From positions 30,941-94,940 of the forward strand of contig CAZTGZ010000007.1 of the NCBI GenBank assembly GCA_964613385.1: a DNA stretch of 64,000 bases. The letters run 5' to 3'. The stretch comes from an uncultured Chitinophagaceae bacterium (GTDB lineage: Bacteria > Bacteroidota > Bacteroidia > NS11-12g > UBA9320). The notes beneath the pieces are model-generated. The model was not told the origin of the DNA. It saw nothing but the letters and a program-made list of their open reading frames with translations, and did no database searches. Made by a program: the position numbers and the translations under genes. Positions 1-10,509 of this stretch are shown here, piece after piece (within the stretch, counting starts at the first letter, position 1; every line of letters starts with the position of its first letter).

Positions 1-714
1 ACAGAAAAATTGAGACCATTTAATTCATTTCAATTGAGTACAGGATTAAAAGCCAGAACAAAGAATTGGGAATTCCTGATAGATGTATATCAAAAATGGC
101 AAAATGAATTACTCGAGTTTAAGGATGGAGCCAATCTGATATTCTCTTCGGAAAATTGGGAAAATGAACTAGAAACAGGCCGTGGATTAATCCGCGGAGC
201 CGAAACGATGCTGAGTTATCAGGATCATAAAAACAGATGCTGGCTATCCTATTCAATCAGCAAATCCGACAGAATTTTTAAAAATATTAACGAAGGAGAA
301 TCCTTTCCTTACAAATATGACCGACGACATCAAATCACCTTCGCTTTTTCGAGAGTATTATCGAAAAACAGCAATGTCAGTTGCAATTGGGTTTATTTGA
401 GTGGCAACCCGGTAACCATACCAGAAATTCAATATGTCATTGATTTAGAGGGCAATTCATATCCCGTTGAAATACTCGGGAAACGCAACAATTACAGAAT
501 GCCCTCATACCATAGACTCGATATTGCCTATAACCGAACCTATGAAAAGAAATACGGATACTGGAAATTGGATTTAGGAATTTATAATGTTTACAATCAC
601 CTGAATCCTTATTTTTTATACTTTGGTTATAACAGTAATGCCGAGCGCGCCTTGCGACAACGAAGTCTGCTGCCTGTATTGCCTTCCTTTCACCTAAAGT
701 TTCAGTTTAAATGA
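1..714 (+). CDS. TonB-dependent receptor, C-terminal barrel fragment (5' end outside window)
   Basis: Frame 1 is open from base 1. Typical TBDR C-terminal motifs YHRLDIAYN and LDLGIYNVYNHLNPYF, an aromatic C-terminus (LKFQFK), and a DUF4249-like lipoprotein directly downstream. Confidence 0.8.
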   Translation, partial: TEKLRPFNSFQLSTGLKARTKNWEFLIDVYQKWQNELLEFKDGANLIFSSENWENELETGRGLIRGAETMLSYQDHKNRCWLSYSISKSDRIFKNINEGESFPYKYDRRHQITFAFSRVLSKNSNVSCNWVYLSGNPVTIPEIQYVIDLEGNSYPVEILGKRNNYRMPSYHRLDIAYNRTYEKKYGYWKLDLGIYNVYNHLNPYFLYFGYNSNAERALRQRSLLPVLPSFHLKFQFK

Positions 715-1736
715 AATACTGCTTCTGGATATTGATTTTGTTTTTGATATCATGTGATAGAGATATTCCTTTCGATGGGTTTGGCAAGAGTCCTGAACCT
801 GTGGTACAGGGTTATTTTACAGAAGATTCCATTTTTAGGGTTCGGCTCAGTAAAACAGGTGATATCATGGACAATCCGGGTATATACGGGATGGAAGATC
901 TGGCCCAGGTATTTGTAACTGATTCGGTTGGGAAAGTGTTCGTTATGAAGAATGTTGGAAATGGATGGTATAACAGCGACAGTTTGCCGCAGTCTGGAAT
1001 GAACTATTTATTAGAAGCACGACTACCGGATGGAAAAACTGTTTTTGCCTCCGATTTTATTCCCAAAGACGTTCTGAGAGCCAGTGTGGATACGTCAACC
1101 GGGCCACAGGGACGCTTAGACATAAAAATTGAAATCAGCGATCCCGTTCAAACTGAAAATCGATATATACTGCGCATTGCCGAAAAATCTTATCATTACA
1201 TCATCAACCCAACTACGTTGCGCACAGATACCGTTTTAGACTGGCATCCCTTACCGTATGCCGGAAGTCACAAATTTTTCTCAACTTCGAATCCAAGCGG
1301 AAGAAATCTAACCGGGTTTGAAATATTTGAAGATGAGTTTTTTGATGGTCAGGATTTCGAATTCGAAGTTTTCATAGAACGGGAATATCTCAATCAACAA
1401 CCGTTTAAAGGTCCATCAGATAGTTTAATGGTTGTGTTAAAATCCGTGAATGAACCGACCTATCAATACTATCTGGCGGTCATTAAAAATTCCAGAAATT
1501 ACGGAGGACCATTTTCAACCAATTTCAATCCTCCAGACAATATTCAAAACGGCCACGGGTTATTTTATGGCTATCGTCAATATATCAAGCGAATACAACT
1601 CAAATGGCCTGGGTACTTTCTTGAAATGAAATCCCATAAGACTCTAACTCAGCTAATACCGGGTTATATATTTCGGGAAATACCGGGAGTATTGTACCTC
1701 TCATTTTTATGTCTCCGTTTAGAATTAATCGGGTAG
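711..1736 (+). CDS. DUF4249-family lipoprotein (TBDR partner)
   Basis: Lipobox LISC (Cys15). ATGA overlap with the upstream TBDR. C-terminal NPPDNIQNGHGLFYG resembles the DUF4249 end. The last ~45 codons run antisense over the next gene. Confidence 0.72.
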   Translation: MKYCFWILILFLISCDRDIPFDGFGKSPEPVVQGYFTEDSIFRVRLSKTGDIMDNPGIYGMEDLAQVFVTDSVGKVFVMKNVGNGWYNSDSLPQSGMNYLLEARLPDGKTVFASDFIPKDVLRASVDTSTGPQGRLDIKIEISDPVQTENRYILRIAEKSYHYIINPTTLRTDTVLDWHPLPYAGSHKFFSTSNPSGRNLTGFEIFEDEFFDGQDFEFEVFIEREYLNQQPFKGPSDSLMVVLKSVNEPTYQYYLAVIKNSRNYGGPFSTNFNPPDNIQNGHGLFYGYRQYIKRIQLKWPGYFLEMKSHKTLTQLIPGYIFREIPGVLYLSFLCLRLELIG

Positions 1737-2934
1737 CTATGCCCAAGGGCAATCCAACAGTCTTTGACATGGCGGTGTATTTGTCATCTTCGCCTTTGCA
1801 AACCATGGCCAGCGTTTTCAAGAATTTTTGATTCCCTTTTTGGTAAACAATTTTGTGCCACATCACGATCATATCAATATCTCCGGTCTCAAGTTTCCAT
1901 TTGTCTTCAAGTATTTTTTGAAGAATCTGGGCAGGGGTGGCCTTCCTCAGACCAATTGGGGTTTTGTCAAATATCCCCAACCATTGCAGTTTGTCCCAAA
2001 GTTCAACATCGTCCTGGTCAATTTTGAGATATTGTCTCAATTTTAGCTCAACGGAATCGGTGGGATGGTAAGCCAAAAATGTATTGATAAAATCCCGATG
2101 TGTCATGTGTTCTGAATCCAATGTATAGCTATCATCGGTTGCTCCTAAATCAATGAAACAATTCCAGGCTCTGCAAAAACCGGGTCGGCGCAAAGTTCCC
2201 CGGTACATGGTTTTTATTTGATTGAGTCCGTAAGTCTCTCGGTATTTAAGAGAATCTCTGTTGGCATAACCTTCAAAACGTCCATAACCCTCTATGTCAA
2301 TAATTTCCGTTCTCCGGAATATTTTATGGTATGGGATGAATTTATATTGTCCTTCCTGAATAAACTTTACGGCACCTCCCTGACCGGCAGTTACCACATT
2401 TCTGGGATTCCAGGTGAATTTATAGTGCCAGGGATTATTGTCGAAACCGGGTGCAATCAGACCTCCTGTAAAACTCTCAAATTCTGTGATTTCTCCGTCT
2501 TCAGACCTTATGGCATCCAGAGCCTGCATAGCAGAAAGATGGTCGATGCCGGGATCAACACCCATTTCATTCAAAAAAATTAAGCCTTTTCGCTCAGCTT
2601 CATGGTGAAGCGATTTCATTTCATCGCTCAGATAAGAGGCCGTAACCAAATGTTTGTGATGCTTCAGACAAAATCGAGCTACCGGCAAATGCATATGGGC
2701 GGGTAACATGCTGATTACCAAGTCAGAATCCTGTACATGTTCCTCAAGCGCACCTACATCACTGATATCCAGGAATCCGGCCAGCATGCGTTCACTAAAA
2801 ACGTGACTTTCGGCCAATTGCGCGTTCACATCAGTGAGTCGTATTTCCCAATCCTGTGCTTCAGCTTGCTTCCCCAAATACTGGATAAGATGAGAAGTAG
2901 ATCGGCCAGTACCAATTAAAAGAATTCGTTTCAT
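1600..2934 (-). CDS. Saccharopine dehydrogenase family protein
   Basis: Rossmann start LIGTGRS; LNEMGVDPGIDHLSA, YKFTWNPRNVV, RGTLR and MSKTVGLPLG motifs. Confidence 0.9.
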   Translation of the reverse strand: MKRILLIGTGRSTSHLIQYLGKQAEAQDWEIRLTDVNAQLAESHVFSERMLAGFLDISDVGALEEHVQDSDLVISMLPAHMHLPVARFCLKHHKHLVTASYLSDEMKSLHHEAERKGLIFLNEMGVDPGIDHLSAMQALDAIRSEDGEITEFESFTGGLIAPGFDNNPWHYKFTWNPRNVVTAGQGGAVKFIQEGQYKFIPYHKIFRRTEIIDIEGYGRFEGYANRDSLKYRETYGLNQIKTMYRGTLRRPGFCRAWNCFIDLGATDDSYTLDSEHMTHRDFINTFLAYHPTDSVELKLRQYLKIDQDDVELWDKLQWLGIFDKTPIGLRKATPAQILQKILEDKWKLETGDIDMIVMWHKIVYQKGNQKFLKTLAMVCKGEDDKYTAMSKTVGLPLGIATRLILNGDIKMRGTILPVFPEIYNPVLAELESYGISFQESTQAI

Positions 2935-3012
2935 TCAGATATTGGGGCAATATTCGCATTTTGAATGCACATTTATGTGTTCAATGAGGTAGTTTAATCA
3001 TAACTGTATTTT

Positions 3013-3489
3013 ATGGTGATTTCAAAAAATGTTGAATTGATAGGAGTGGATGAATCTGAGTTAAGTGAAAAGGTACTATCCTTAAGAAAAGCGGCCCGAT
3101 TGGCAGCGCAAAATGCGTATGCTCCTTTTTCGAAATTTTATGTAGGGGCTGCATTGCTATTGGAGAATGGAGTTCTGTTGACCGGGAACAATCAGGAAAA
3201 TGCTGCATTTCCGAGTGGATTATGTGCAGAGCGTGTGGTGCTGTTTCATGCCGGGGCTCAATATCCGGGTGTGCCGGTCGAAATGATTTCTGTTTTTGCT
3301 CAATCCGAGCAGTATAAAGTTCCTGAAGTACTTTGTCCTTGCGGTGCCTGCTTACAAGTTATGGCCGAAACCAGAAAGCGTCAAAAGAATTCATTTCAGA
3401 TTTGGCTCGATTCCGGAGAAAAACTATATATGGCGGCAGGAATTGAATCTTTATTGCCGTTTTCATTTGAGTTGAAAACCGGAAAGTAA
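3013..3489 (+). CDS. cdd: Cytidine deaminase (homotetrameric type)
   Basis: AYAPFSKFYVGAA, NQENAAFPSGLCAER and PCGAC zinc motifs. Confidence 0.92.
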   Translation: MVISKNVELIGVDESELSEKVLSLRKAARLAAQNAYAPFSKFYVGAALLLENGVLLTGNNQENAAFPSGLCAERVVLFHAGAQYPGVPVEMISVFAQSEQYKVPEVLCPCGACLQVMAETRKRQKNSFQIWLDSGEKLYMAAGIESLLPFSFELKTGK

Positions 3490-3491
3490 GT

Positions 3492-5267
3492 CTACATTTT
3501 CTCCGGAACTTCAATTCCCAGCAATCCCATGGCGTCTTTGAGCACAGATGCCGTTGCCAATGAAAGTTGCAGCCTGAATGATTTTCTATTCACATCAGGT
3601 TCACCGAGTATGGAACATTCATGGTAAAATCTGTTGTAAAGTTTGGCGAGATCATAGGCATAGGCTGCTATAACGGAAGGCGCATACTGACGGGCTGCCT
3701 CCCTGCAGCGGGAAGTGTACAGATTCAGGAAGCGGACTACCTCCTTTTCTTCGGCAAGCAGTTCAAATTCCCGGAATTCGGAAGTACGGATTTCGATGTT
3801 AGCTCCACGCAGCACTGATTTGATCCTGGCATGCGTATATTGAATGAACGAAGCGGTATTCCCTTGAAAATCAATGGATTCATTTGGGTCAAACAACATG
3901 CGTTTTACCGGGTCAACTTTTAATAAAAAGTACTTTAATGCACCCATTCCAATCATTTCGAAAAGATGCTGCTTCTCTGCATCATTCATCCCTTCCGTTT
4001 TACCCAACTCTTCAGTACGTTGCCGGGCGGTTTCGTACATTTCATCCATCAATTGGTCCGCATCCACAACAGTACCTTCCCTTGTTTTCATCCTTCCTGA
4101 AGGCAAATCAACCATTCCGTAGCTCAGATGATAGATGGTGTCGGCATAATCCTTTTGTAATTTCTTCAGGATTAAAGTGAGTACCTTGAAATGATAATCT
4201 TGTTCATTTCCAACTACATAAATGGAATGATCAGGCGCGTAATCCCGGTTCTTTAATTCCGCCGTTCCCAGATCCTGCGTGATATATACAGATGTACCAT
4301 CGGCTCTGAGTAGCAATTTCTCATCTAAACCTTCGCGGGTCAAATCGACCCATACGCTGCCATTAAATTTCTTGAAGAATACCTCTTTCTCCAAACCTTC
4401 CTGTACAATTTCTTTTCCAAGCAGGTACGTGTCGCTTTCATAATAAAATCGGTCAAAAGAGACACCCATACGCGCATAGGTCTGATGAAATCCATCGTAT
4501 ACCCAGGAATTCATCATTTTCCAGATGGAGTTCACATGCGCATCGCCATCCTCCCACTTTTTGAGCATCTCCTGCGCCTCTACCAAAAATGGTGCTTGCT
4601 TTTTGGCTAATTCTTCCGCAATTCCCTGCTCCATCAGGTCTGATACTTCTTCTCGATAGATTTTATCGGATAGAACATAGTATTTACCTACCAGATGATC
4701 ACCTTTTATTCCGGATGATTCCGGAGTTTCACCATTTCCGAATTTCTCCCAGGCAAGCATGCTTTTACAAATATGAATGCCGCGGTCATTGATTAAATTA
4801 GCCTTAACTACCTGATAACCACCTTTTTCGAGAATTTTACTCAGAGAGTATCCCAAAAGATTGTTGCGAACATGCCCAAGATGTTGCGGTTTATTGGTAT
4901 TGGGGGATGAGTATTCTATGAGTACCTTTTTAGTTGCACCATCATCGTGTTTGCCCGGATTTTCAAGTTCGAAATTTTGAATAATATCGAGCCAGAATTT
5001 GTCTTTTAGTGCAATGTTGAGGAATCCCTTGAGCACCTCAAATGACTCAATGATTTCTAATTTATGAATTAAGTAATTCCCGATTTCATTGCCCAGCTTT
5101 TCAGGGTTTTGCTGGAGTTTTTTGACATAAGGGAAAACGACGAAGGTGAAATCACCTTTCTGGTTTTTTGCCGTGGGTTCTATGGATACTTCTTTTGCAG
5201 AAGTCTTATAATGGTAGAGGTCATCGAGGGCCTGGCTGATGACTTCACTTAATAATTGAAGTAACAT
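3492..5267 (-). CDS. argS: Arginine--tRNA ligase
   Basis: EYSSPNTNKPQHLGHVRN (HIGH-type), MKTREG (KMSKS-type), FQGNTASFIQYTHARI, C-terminal LGIEVPEKM. Confidence 0.97.
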   Translation of the reverse strand: MLLQLLSEVISQALDDLYHYKTSAKEVSIEPTAKNQKGDFTFVVFPYVKKLQQNPEKLGNEIGNYLIHKLEIIESFEVLKGFLNIALKDKFWLDIIQNFELENPGKHDDGATKKVLIEYSSPNTNKPQHLGHVRNNLLGYSLSKILEKGGYQVVKANLINDRGIHICKSMLAWEKFGNGETPESSGIKGDHLVGKYYVLSDKIYREEVSDLMEQGIAEELAKKQAPFLVEAQEMLKKWEDGDAHVNSIWKMMNSWVYDGFHQTYARMGVSFDRFYYESDTYLLGKEIVQEGLEKEVFFKKFNGSVWVDLTREGLDEKLLLRADGTSVYITQDLGTAELKNRDYAPDHSIYVVGNEQDYHFKVLTLILKKLQKDYADTIYHLSYGMVDLPSGRMKTREGTVVDADQLMDEMYETARQRTEELGKTEGMNDAEKQHLFEMIGMGALKYFLLKVDPVKRMLFDPNESIDFQGNTASFIQYTHARIKSVLRGANIEIRTSEFREFELLAEEKEVVRFLNLYTSRCREAARQYAPSVIAAYAYDLAKLYNRFYHECSILGEPDVNRKSFRLQLSLATASVLKDAMGLLGIEVPEKM

Positions 5268-5284
5268 GTGATAAATTCTAAAAA

Positions 5285-5830
5285 TTACATAGATGGTTCA
5301 TTCCCCGGCTTCCATTTAATGGAACATCCAACTGCCTGAGTCTCAGGGAAGTCTACTTCTATCCCGTCCAGAGTGCATTCAATGGCATCTTCAAGATAGA
5401 CACGGGTTACCATATGTTCATTTTCCCAGGAGTCGTCGATACCTCCTTTGTAGACCAGTTCTCTGCGGCTGTTGAACAGAAATGCTTCAGGTGTTCTGGA
5501 CGCATTCAGTTTTTTCACCACCTCCTGGCTTTCATCATATAAATATAAGAAAGGCAGTTCCAGGTCATCCACCATTTTCTTCATACTGTCGAAACTATCA
5601 TCCGGAAATTGATTGGAATCGTTTGGGTTGATGCACATGACCCCCAGATTGTCCTCTTCGTACCGGGCGTACAACTTTTTAATTCGATTCCAATATGCTC
5701 TGGAATATTTGCAATGATTGCAGGTTACAATGATCAGCAGCGCATATCTATCGGCATAATAATAACTGTTGTACAATTTGTCATCTGTTCCTTTGAGTTC
5801 AAATCTGAAAAGTTTATCTCCGAGTTGCAT
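5285..5830 (-). CDS. Thioredoxin-fold / AhpC-TSA family protein
   Basis: TCNHCKY CxxC motif, INPND, ASRTPEAFLF, YKGGIDD, C-terminal GCSIKWK. Confidence 0.88.
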   Translation of the reverse strand: MQLGDKLFRFELKGTDDKLYNSYYYADRYALLIIVTCNHCKYSRAYWNRIKKLYARYEEDNLGVMCINPNDSNQFPDDSFDSMKKMVDDLELPFLYLYDESQEVVKKLNASRTPEAFLFNSRRELVYKGGIDDSWENEHMVTRVYLEDAIECTLDGIEVDFPETQAVGCSIKWKPGNEPSM

Positions 5831-6089
5831 GGCTTGAATTTTTTACAAATATCTCATTCTGGAAGTACTTTGGAGGGAAAAATCAGGAAATTGAGATAGA
5901 TTTTGACCAATTTGATGGTGACTTGCACGGTCAAATTAAGGCTCAAATATCATAATCCCGAATTCTGACGAGCCCAATTAATCCTTAACAGGTGATTCTC
6001 ATTTACCTAATAGATGGTCTATCAATCAGATTCGCTTTTCTTCGAAATATGGCAAACAGAATGATTTACGAAAGGAAATAACTCAGGGG

Positions 6090-8609
6090 TTACTCCTGAT
6101 CTTTTTCCTTGGCGGCTTTCTTTGGCTTCGAATTCTTGAACTTCAGCTCATTCGTTTTTTTGTCCAAATCCACGGACATGGTATCTCCCTCATTGAGCTG
6201 AGATTTGAGAATTTCTTCGGCCAGCGGGTCTTCCAAATATTTCTGAATGGCTCTGTTTAACGGCCGCGCGCCAAAATCACTGTCGAATCCTTTTTCAGCC
6301 AGATAGGCCTTCGCAGCTTCACTGATTTGAATATGATATCCAACAGATTCTATGCGATTAATCAACTTCTGAACCGAAAGATTCAAAATCTTGGCGATGT
6401 CTTCTTTGCTCAACGAATTGAAAACGATCACGTCATCTATCCTGTTTAAAAACTCCGGAGAAAAGAATTTCTTCAAGGCGTTTTCAATCACATTTTTTGA
6501 AACAGCATCTGTGGTATTCAGCTTGGTGGTTGTATTGAATCCCATACCGGTTCCAAAATCCTTGAGCTGGCGGCTTCCGATATTGCTGGTCATGATGATA
6601 ATGGTATTCCGGAAATCAACCCGACGTCCCAAACTGTCTGTAATAAATCCCTCGTCAAGAATCTGAAGCATGATATTGAACACATCCGGATGCGCTTTTT
6701 CAATCTCGTCGAACAATATAACCGCATAAGGCTTTCTCCTTACTTTTTCCGTCAACAAACCGCCTTCTTCATACCCTACATATCCCGGAGGTGCGCCTAC
6801 CAAACGACTCACGCTGAATTTCTCCATATATTCACTCATATCGATTCGAATGAGCGTGTCTCTGGAATCAAACAAATATTCAGCGAGGCTCTTGGCCATT
6901 TCGGTTTTTCCCACACCGGTCGGGCCCAGAAAAATAAAAGAACCAATCGGTCTGTTGGGGTCTTTTAATCCCGCCCTGGTGCGTTGTATGGCCCGGGTGA
7001 GTTTCTCCACTGCTGCATCTTGTCCGATTACATGTCCTTTGAGTTCATCCGACATACTGAGGAGTTTTTGTCCTTCACTTTGAGCGATTCTCTTTACTGG
7101 AACACCGGTAATCATCGCCACAACTTCAGCAACATCTTCTTCGGTAACCTTGTATCTTTCGTTTCTTGTTTCTTCTTCCCAGCGTTGCTTCGCAATATCT
7201 AACTGTTCGAGCAGCGTTTTTTCCTTGTCTCTTAGTTTTGCCGCTTCTTCATATTTCTGGCTACGAACCACACGGTTCTTTTCTTCTTTAATTTCCTCAA
7301 TTTTCTCTTCGAGTTCGAGGATTTCACGGGGAACATGAATATTCGATAAGTGCACCCGCGCTCCGGCCTCATCCATTACATCGATGGCTTTATCAGGTAA
7401 ATGGCGGTCTGTGATATACCTCACGCTCATTTTTACGGCTGCGTCTAAAGCCTGATCAGTATAAGTTACACCATGGTGGTCTTCATATTTATCTTTGATG
7501 TTGCGCAATATCTGGCTGGTTTCATCCGGACTGGCGGGTTCAACCATAACAGGTTGAAATCTCCTTTCTAACGCGCCATCTTTCTCAATATATTGACGGT
7601 ATTCATCTAAGGTGGTTGCGCCTATGCACTGTATTTCTCCTCTGGAAAGTGCGGGTTTGAACATATTGGATGCATCCAGAGAACCGGAAGCTCCCCCGGC
7701 TCCAACAATGGTATGGATCTCGTCTATGAACAAAATCACATCTCTTGATTTTTCGAGTTCGTTCATCACCGCTTTCATCCGCTCCTCAAACTGTCCCCTG
7801 TATTTGGTTCCGGCAACAAGGGAAGCTAAATCAAGGGTAACAACTCTTTTATCATATAAAACCCTGCTCACTTTTCTTTGAACAATGCGCAATGCCAATC
7901 CTTCAGCAATGGCAGTCTTGCCAACACCCGGTTCTCCAATTAATACCGGATTGTTCTTTTTACGGCGACTCAAAATTTGAGAAACACGCTCTATTTCTTT
8001 TTCTCTCCCAATAATGGGATCGAGTTTGTCATCTTCTGCCAATTTTGTCAGGTCTCTGCCAAAATTATCGAGCACAGGAGTTTTCGACTTGCCTCCTTTG
8101 CGCTGGTCGCCGGATTTTTTCTCTTCCTTGTAGAAGTCTTCGGGAGAGTCAGTGGACATTTCAGACTTAATTTCCTGTGGACCATTTTCCATGCTGGCTT
8201 TAAAAACTTCGTAGTCTATGCCATATTGTCGGAGTATTTGAGAGGCAATATTGTCTTCTTCGCGCAAAATGCTCAACAATAAATGCTCGGTGCCTATCAC
8301 TTCACTTTTGAAAAGTTTGGCCTCTAAGTACGTGATTTTCAGCGCTTTTTCTGCTTGTTTGGTCAATGGAATATTGCCCAGATTCGTGCTTCTGCTGGCT
8401 GTATCCCGAATAGAATCTTCGATTGATTTTTTCAAGCGCAGCATATCCAATCCCATTTGTTTGAGGTTCAGCAGTGCTTTGCCTTCTCCTTCGCGGATAA
8501 TTCCCAATAATAAATGCTCTGTTCCGATATATCCATGTCCCAGTCGTATGGCCTCTTCACGGCTATACTGAATAACTTCTTTTACCCTGGGTGAAAATTT
8601 TGCTTCCAT
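6090..8609 (-). CDS. clpC: ATP-dependent Clp protease ATP-binding subunit ClpC
   Basis: Two Clp-N repeats (IGTEHLLL), Walker A GEPGVGKT and [11 protein letters not shown] domain ([11 protein letters not shown]), FGARPLNR. Confidence 0.95.
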   Translation of the reverse strand: MEAKFSPRVKEVIQYSREEAIRLGHGYIGTEHLLLGIIREGEGKALLNLKQMGLDMLRLKKSIEDSIRDTASRSTNLGNIPLTKQAEKALKITYLEAKLFKSEVIGTEHLLLSILREEDNIASQILRQYGIDYEVFKASMENGPQEIKSEMSTDSPEDFYKEEKKSGDQRKGGKSKTPVLDNFGRDLTKLAEDDKLDPIIGREKEIERVSQILSRRKKNNPVLIGEPGVGKTAIAEGLALRIVQRKVSRVLYDKRVVTLDLASLVAGTKYRGQFEERMKAVMNELEKSRDVILFIDEIHTIVGAGGASGSLDASNMFKPALSRGEIQCIGATTLDEYRQYIEKDGALERRFQPVMVEPASPDETSQILRNIKDKYEDHHGVTYTDQALDAAVKMSVRYITDRHLPDKAIDVMDEAGARVHLSNIHVPREILELEEKIEEIKEEKNRVVRSQKYEEAAKLRDKEKTLLEQLDIAKQRWEEETRNERYKVTEEDVAEVVAMITGVPVKRIAQSEGQKLLSMSDELKGHVIGQDAAVEKLTRAIQRTRAGLKDPNRPIGSFIFLGPTGVGKTEMAKSLAEYLFDSRDTLIRIDMSEYMEKFSVSRLVGAPPGYVGYEEGGLLTEKVRRKPYAVILFDEIEKAHPDVFNIMLQILDEGFITDSLGRRVDFRNTIIIMTSNIGSRQLKDFGTGMGFNTTTKLNTTDAVSKNVIENALKKFFSPEFLNRIDDVIVFNSLSKEDIAKILNLSVQKLINRIESVGYHIQISEAAKAYLAEKGFDSDFGARPLNRAIQKYLEDPLAEEILKSQLNEGDTMSVDLDKKTNELKFKNSKPKKAAKEKDQE

Positions 8610-8638
8610 AACTCTGCTGTTTATCTCTGACGTACTGA

Positions 8639-8668
8639 CAAATATAGTTCCAAATAGAAAGCTAACAA
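8639..8668 (-). promoter_or_regulatory. Bacteroidota primary-sigma promoter for clpC (TTG-N19-TATATTTG)
   Basis: Plus strand CAAATATA at 8639-8646 and CAA at 8666-8668 match the -7 TAnnTTTG / -33 TTG consensus with a 19-nt spacer. Confidence 0.55.
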
Positions 8669-8821
8669 TGCAGACTGCGTCTGTGTTTTGTCAGCATGGC
8701 CAAAAAAATGGATTTCTTGTTCCTATTACGTTAAAAACGAATGAATATTCAAATTCAGATTTCCGAATTTATCGGTTGAAAAGAATAAAAGCGTAAGAAT
8801 CAAGGGATTCAGATGAACTCA

Positions 8822-8974
8822 TTTTACACGGTTTAAGCGATATTAATATAATGTAGTAGATGTTATGTGGACAGTATTGTGTTTAAAATCAGATGATTGT
8901 GGTTCTAAATTGTCGTAATCCACAGAGAATCCACAAAGAATAAAGCAATGTGAATAAGTCAAATGTGCGGAAAA
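8822..8974. other. DnaA-box cluster with AT-rich flank; candidate oriC or DnaA-controlled dnaB promoter
   Basis: Matches to TTWTNCACA: TGTGAATAA 8949-8957 (9/9); TAATCCACA 8916, TGTGTTTAA 8878, TGCGGAAAA 8966, TTTTACACG 8822 (8/9); GAATCCACA 8927, TGTGGACAG 8866 (7/9). AT-rich TATTAATATAATGTAGTAG at 8841-8859. Confidence 0.55.
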
Positions 8975-9021
8975 TTTGAAACGTTATCTTACCAGAAGCT
9001 TTTAATTTCGAATCTGAAAAT

Positions 9022-10509
9022 ATGGCAGAAAGATTAAAAAACAAACAGGGTGATTTAAGGGAAGCTATGCGCAGGAAGTCTGTCGATTTTGTATTAGACG
9101 GAAAACTGCCACCACAGGCACCTGATCTCGAAGAGGCGGTGCTTGGGGCCATGATGCTGGAAAAACAGGCTCCGGAAAAAGTACTGGATATCCTGAAAGA
9201 ACATACTTTTTATTCAGATGTTCACCGTGAAATTTTTGTAGCCATTAAGCATCTGTATGAATCCGGGAATCCGGTTGACATTTTGACCGTAACAGATCAG
9301 TTGCGCAAGGAAGGAAAGCTCGAATTGGCCGGCGGGGCTTATTATATCACGAAGTTGACCAATAAGGTGTCATCTGCCGCGAACATTGAGTATCATGCCA
9401 GAATATTAATTCAGAAACAAATTCAACGGGAATTGATTCGGATTTCCGGTGAAATTGGCAGAAGGGCCTTTGACGAACAAATAGATGCATTCGAATTGTT
9501 GGACGAAGCAGAGAAAAACCTTTTTTCCATCAAGGATGAGTCCATTAAGCGAAACTATTCGAAAATCGACGATCTCATCAGCAAGGCAATTAAACAAATA
9601 GAATCCATTACTTCAAATGAAGGATTGACCGGAGTGCCTTCAGGTTTTACGCAATTAGACCATCTGACTTCTGGATGGCAAAACTCAGATTTGGTGATTA
9701 TTGCAGGTCGTCCGGGTATGGGTAAGACCGCTTTCGTACTTACCATTGCCAGAAATGCCGCCGTAGACCATAAGTTACCCGTGGCCATTTTCTCCTTGGA
9801 GATGTCATCCATTCAGTTGGTAACCAGGCTTATAGCCGGCGAAGCTGAAATCACTTCCGATAAACTTAAAAAGGGGAATCTGCAACCGTTTGAATGGGAA
9901 CAACTCAATGCAAACGTGGCCAGATTAAGTGAGGCTCCACTGTATATCGACGATACTCCGGCACTCTCCATTTTTGACCTCAAAGCCAAGGCCAGGAGGT
10001 TGAAAAAGCATCAGAACATAGCCCTGATTATCATTGATTATCTTCAATTGATGAAAGGAGATGATAAAAATATCGGAAATCGCGAGCAGGAAATCAGTTA
10101 TATCTCCCGATCACTGAAAGAACTTGCCAAGGAACTCGATGTGCCCGTTATTACGCTGGCTCAGTTGAGTCGTGAGGTTGAAAAACGAAGTGATAAATTG
10201 CCAATTTTGTCTGATTTGAGGGAATCCGGGTCTATTGAACAGGATGCCGACATCGTAGGTTTTATATACAGGCCGGAATACTATAAAATTTACCAGGATG
10301 CCGAAGGAAACGATTTACATGGCATCGGTCAGATTATCATTGAAAAACACAGAAACGGACCAACAGGTAAAGCCAATCTGAAGTTCAGAGGTGAATTTGC
10401 CAAATTCTCGGATTTAGATCCTGTTTTGCCGGATTATGACCCAAGCATTTCCGAGCCTCCCAGATTGACCTTTGGCTCAAAGATGAACGAAGACGACGCC
10501 CCTTTCTGA
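9022..10509 (+). CDS. dnaB: Replicative DNA helicase DnaB
   Basis: PPQAPDLEEAVLG N-terminus, Walker A GRPGMGKT, IIDYLQLM, SDLRESGSIEQDAD, EKHRNGPTG. No intein seen. Confidence 0.97.
   Translation: MAERLKNKQGDLREAMRRKSVDFVLDGKLPPQAPDLEEAVLGAMMLEKQAPEKVLDILKEHTFYSDVHREIFVAIKHLYESGNPVDILTVTDQLRKEGKLELAGGAYYITKLTNKVSSAANIEYHARILIQKQIQRELIRISGEIGRRAFDEQIDAFELLDEAEKNLFSIKDESIKRNYSKIDDLISKAIKQIESITSNEGLTGVPSGFTQLDHLTSGWQNSDLVIIAGRPGMGKTAFVLTIARNAAVDHKLPVAIFSLEMSSIQLVTRLIAGEAEITSDKLKKGNLQPFEWEQLNANVARLSEAPLYIDDTPALSIFDLKAKARRLKKHQNIALIIIDYLQLMKGDDKNIGNREQEISYISRSLKELAKELDVPVITLAQLSREVEKRSDKLPILSDLRESGSIEQDADIVGFIYRPEYYKIYQDAEGNDLHGIGQIIIEKHRNGPTGKANLKFRGEFAKFSDLDPVLPDYDPSISEPPRLTFGSKMNEDDAPF

Noticed and set aside
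5902-5935. TTTGACC / GGTCAAA inverted repeat downstream of clpC
   Set aside because: Only 7-bp AT-rich arms with a 20-nt loop and no U-tract; too weak to call.
5831-6089. 259-bp spacer between clpC and the thioredoxin gene as a possible ncRNA or tRNA
   Set aside because: No cloverleaf, riboswitch consensus or stable structure recognised; only a GATATTTG near-consensus promoter at 5846-5853.
9022-10509. Intein in DnaB
   Set aside because: Length (495 aa) is normal and the motifs are contiguous.
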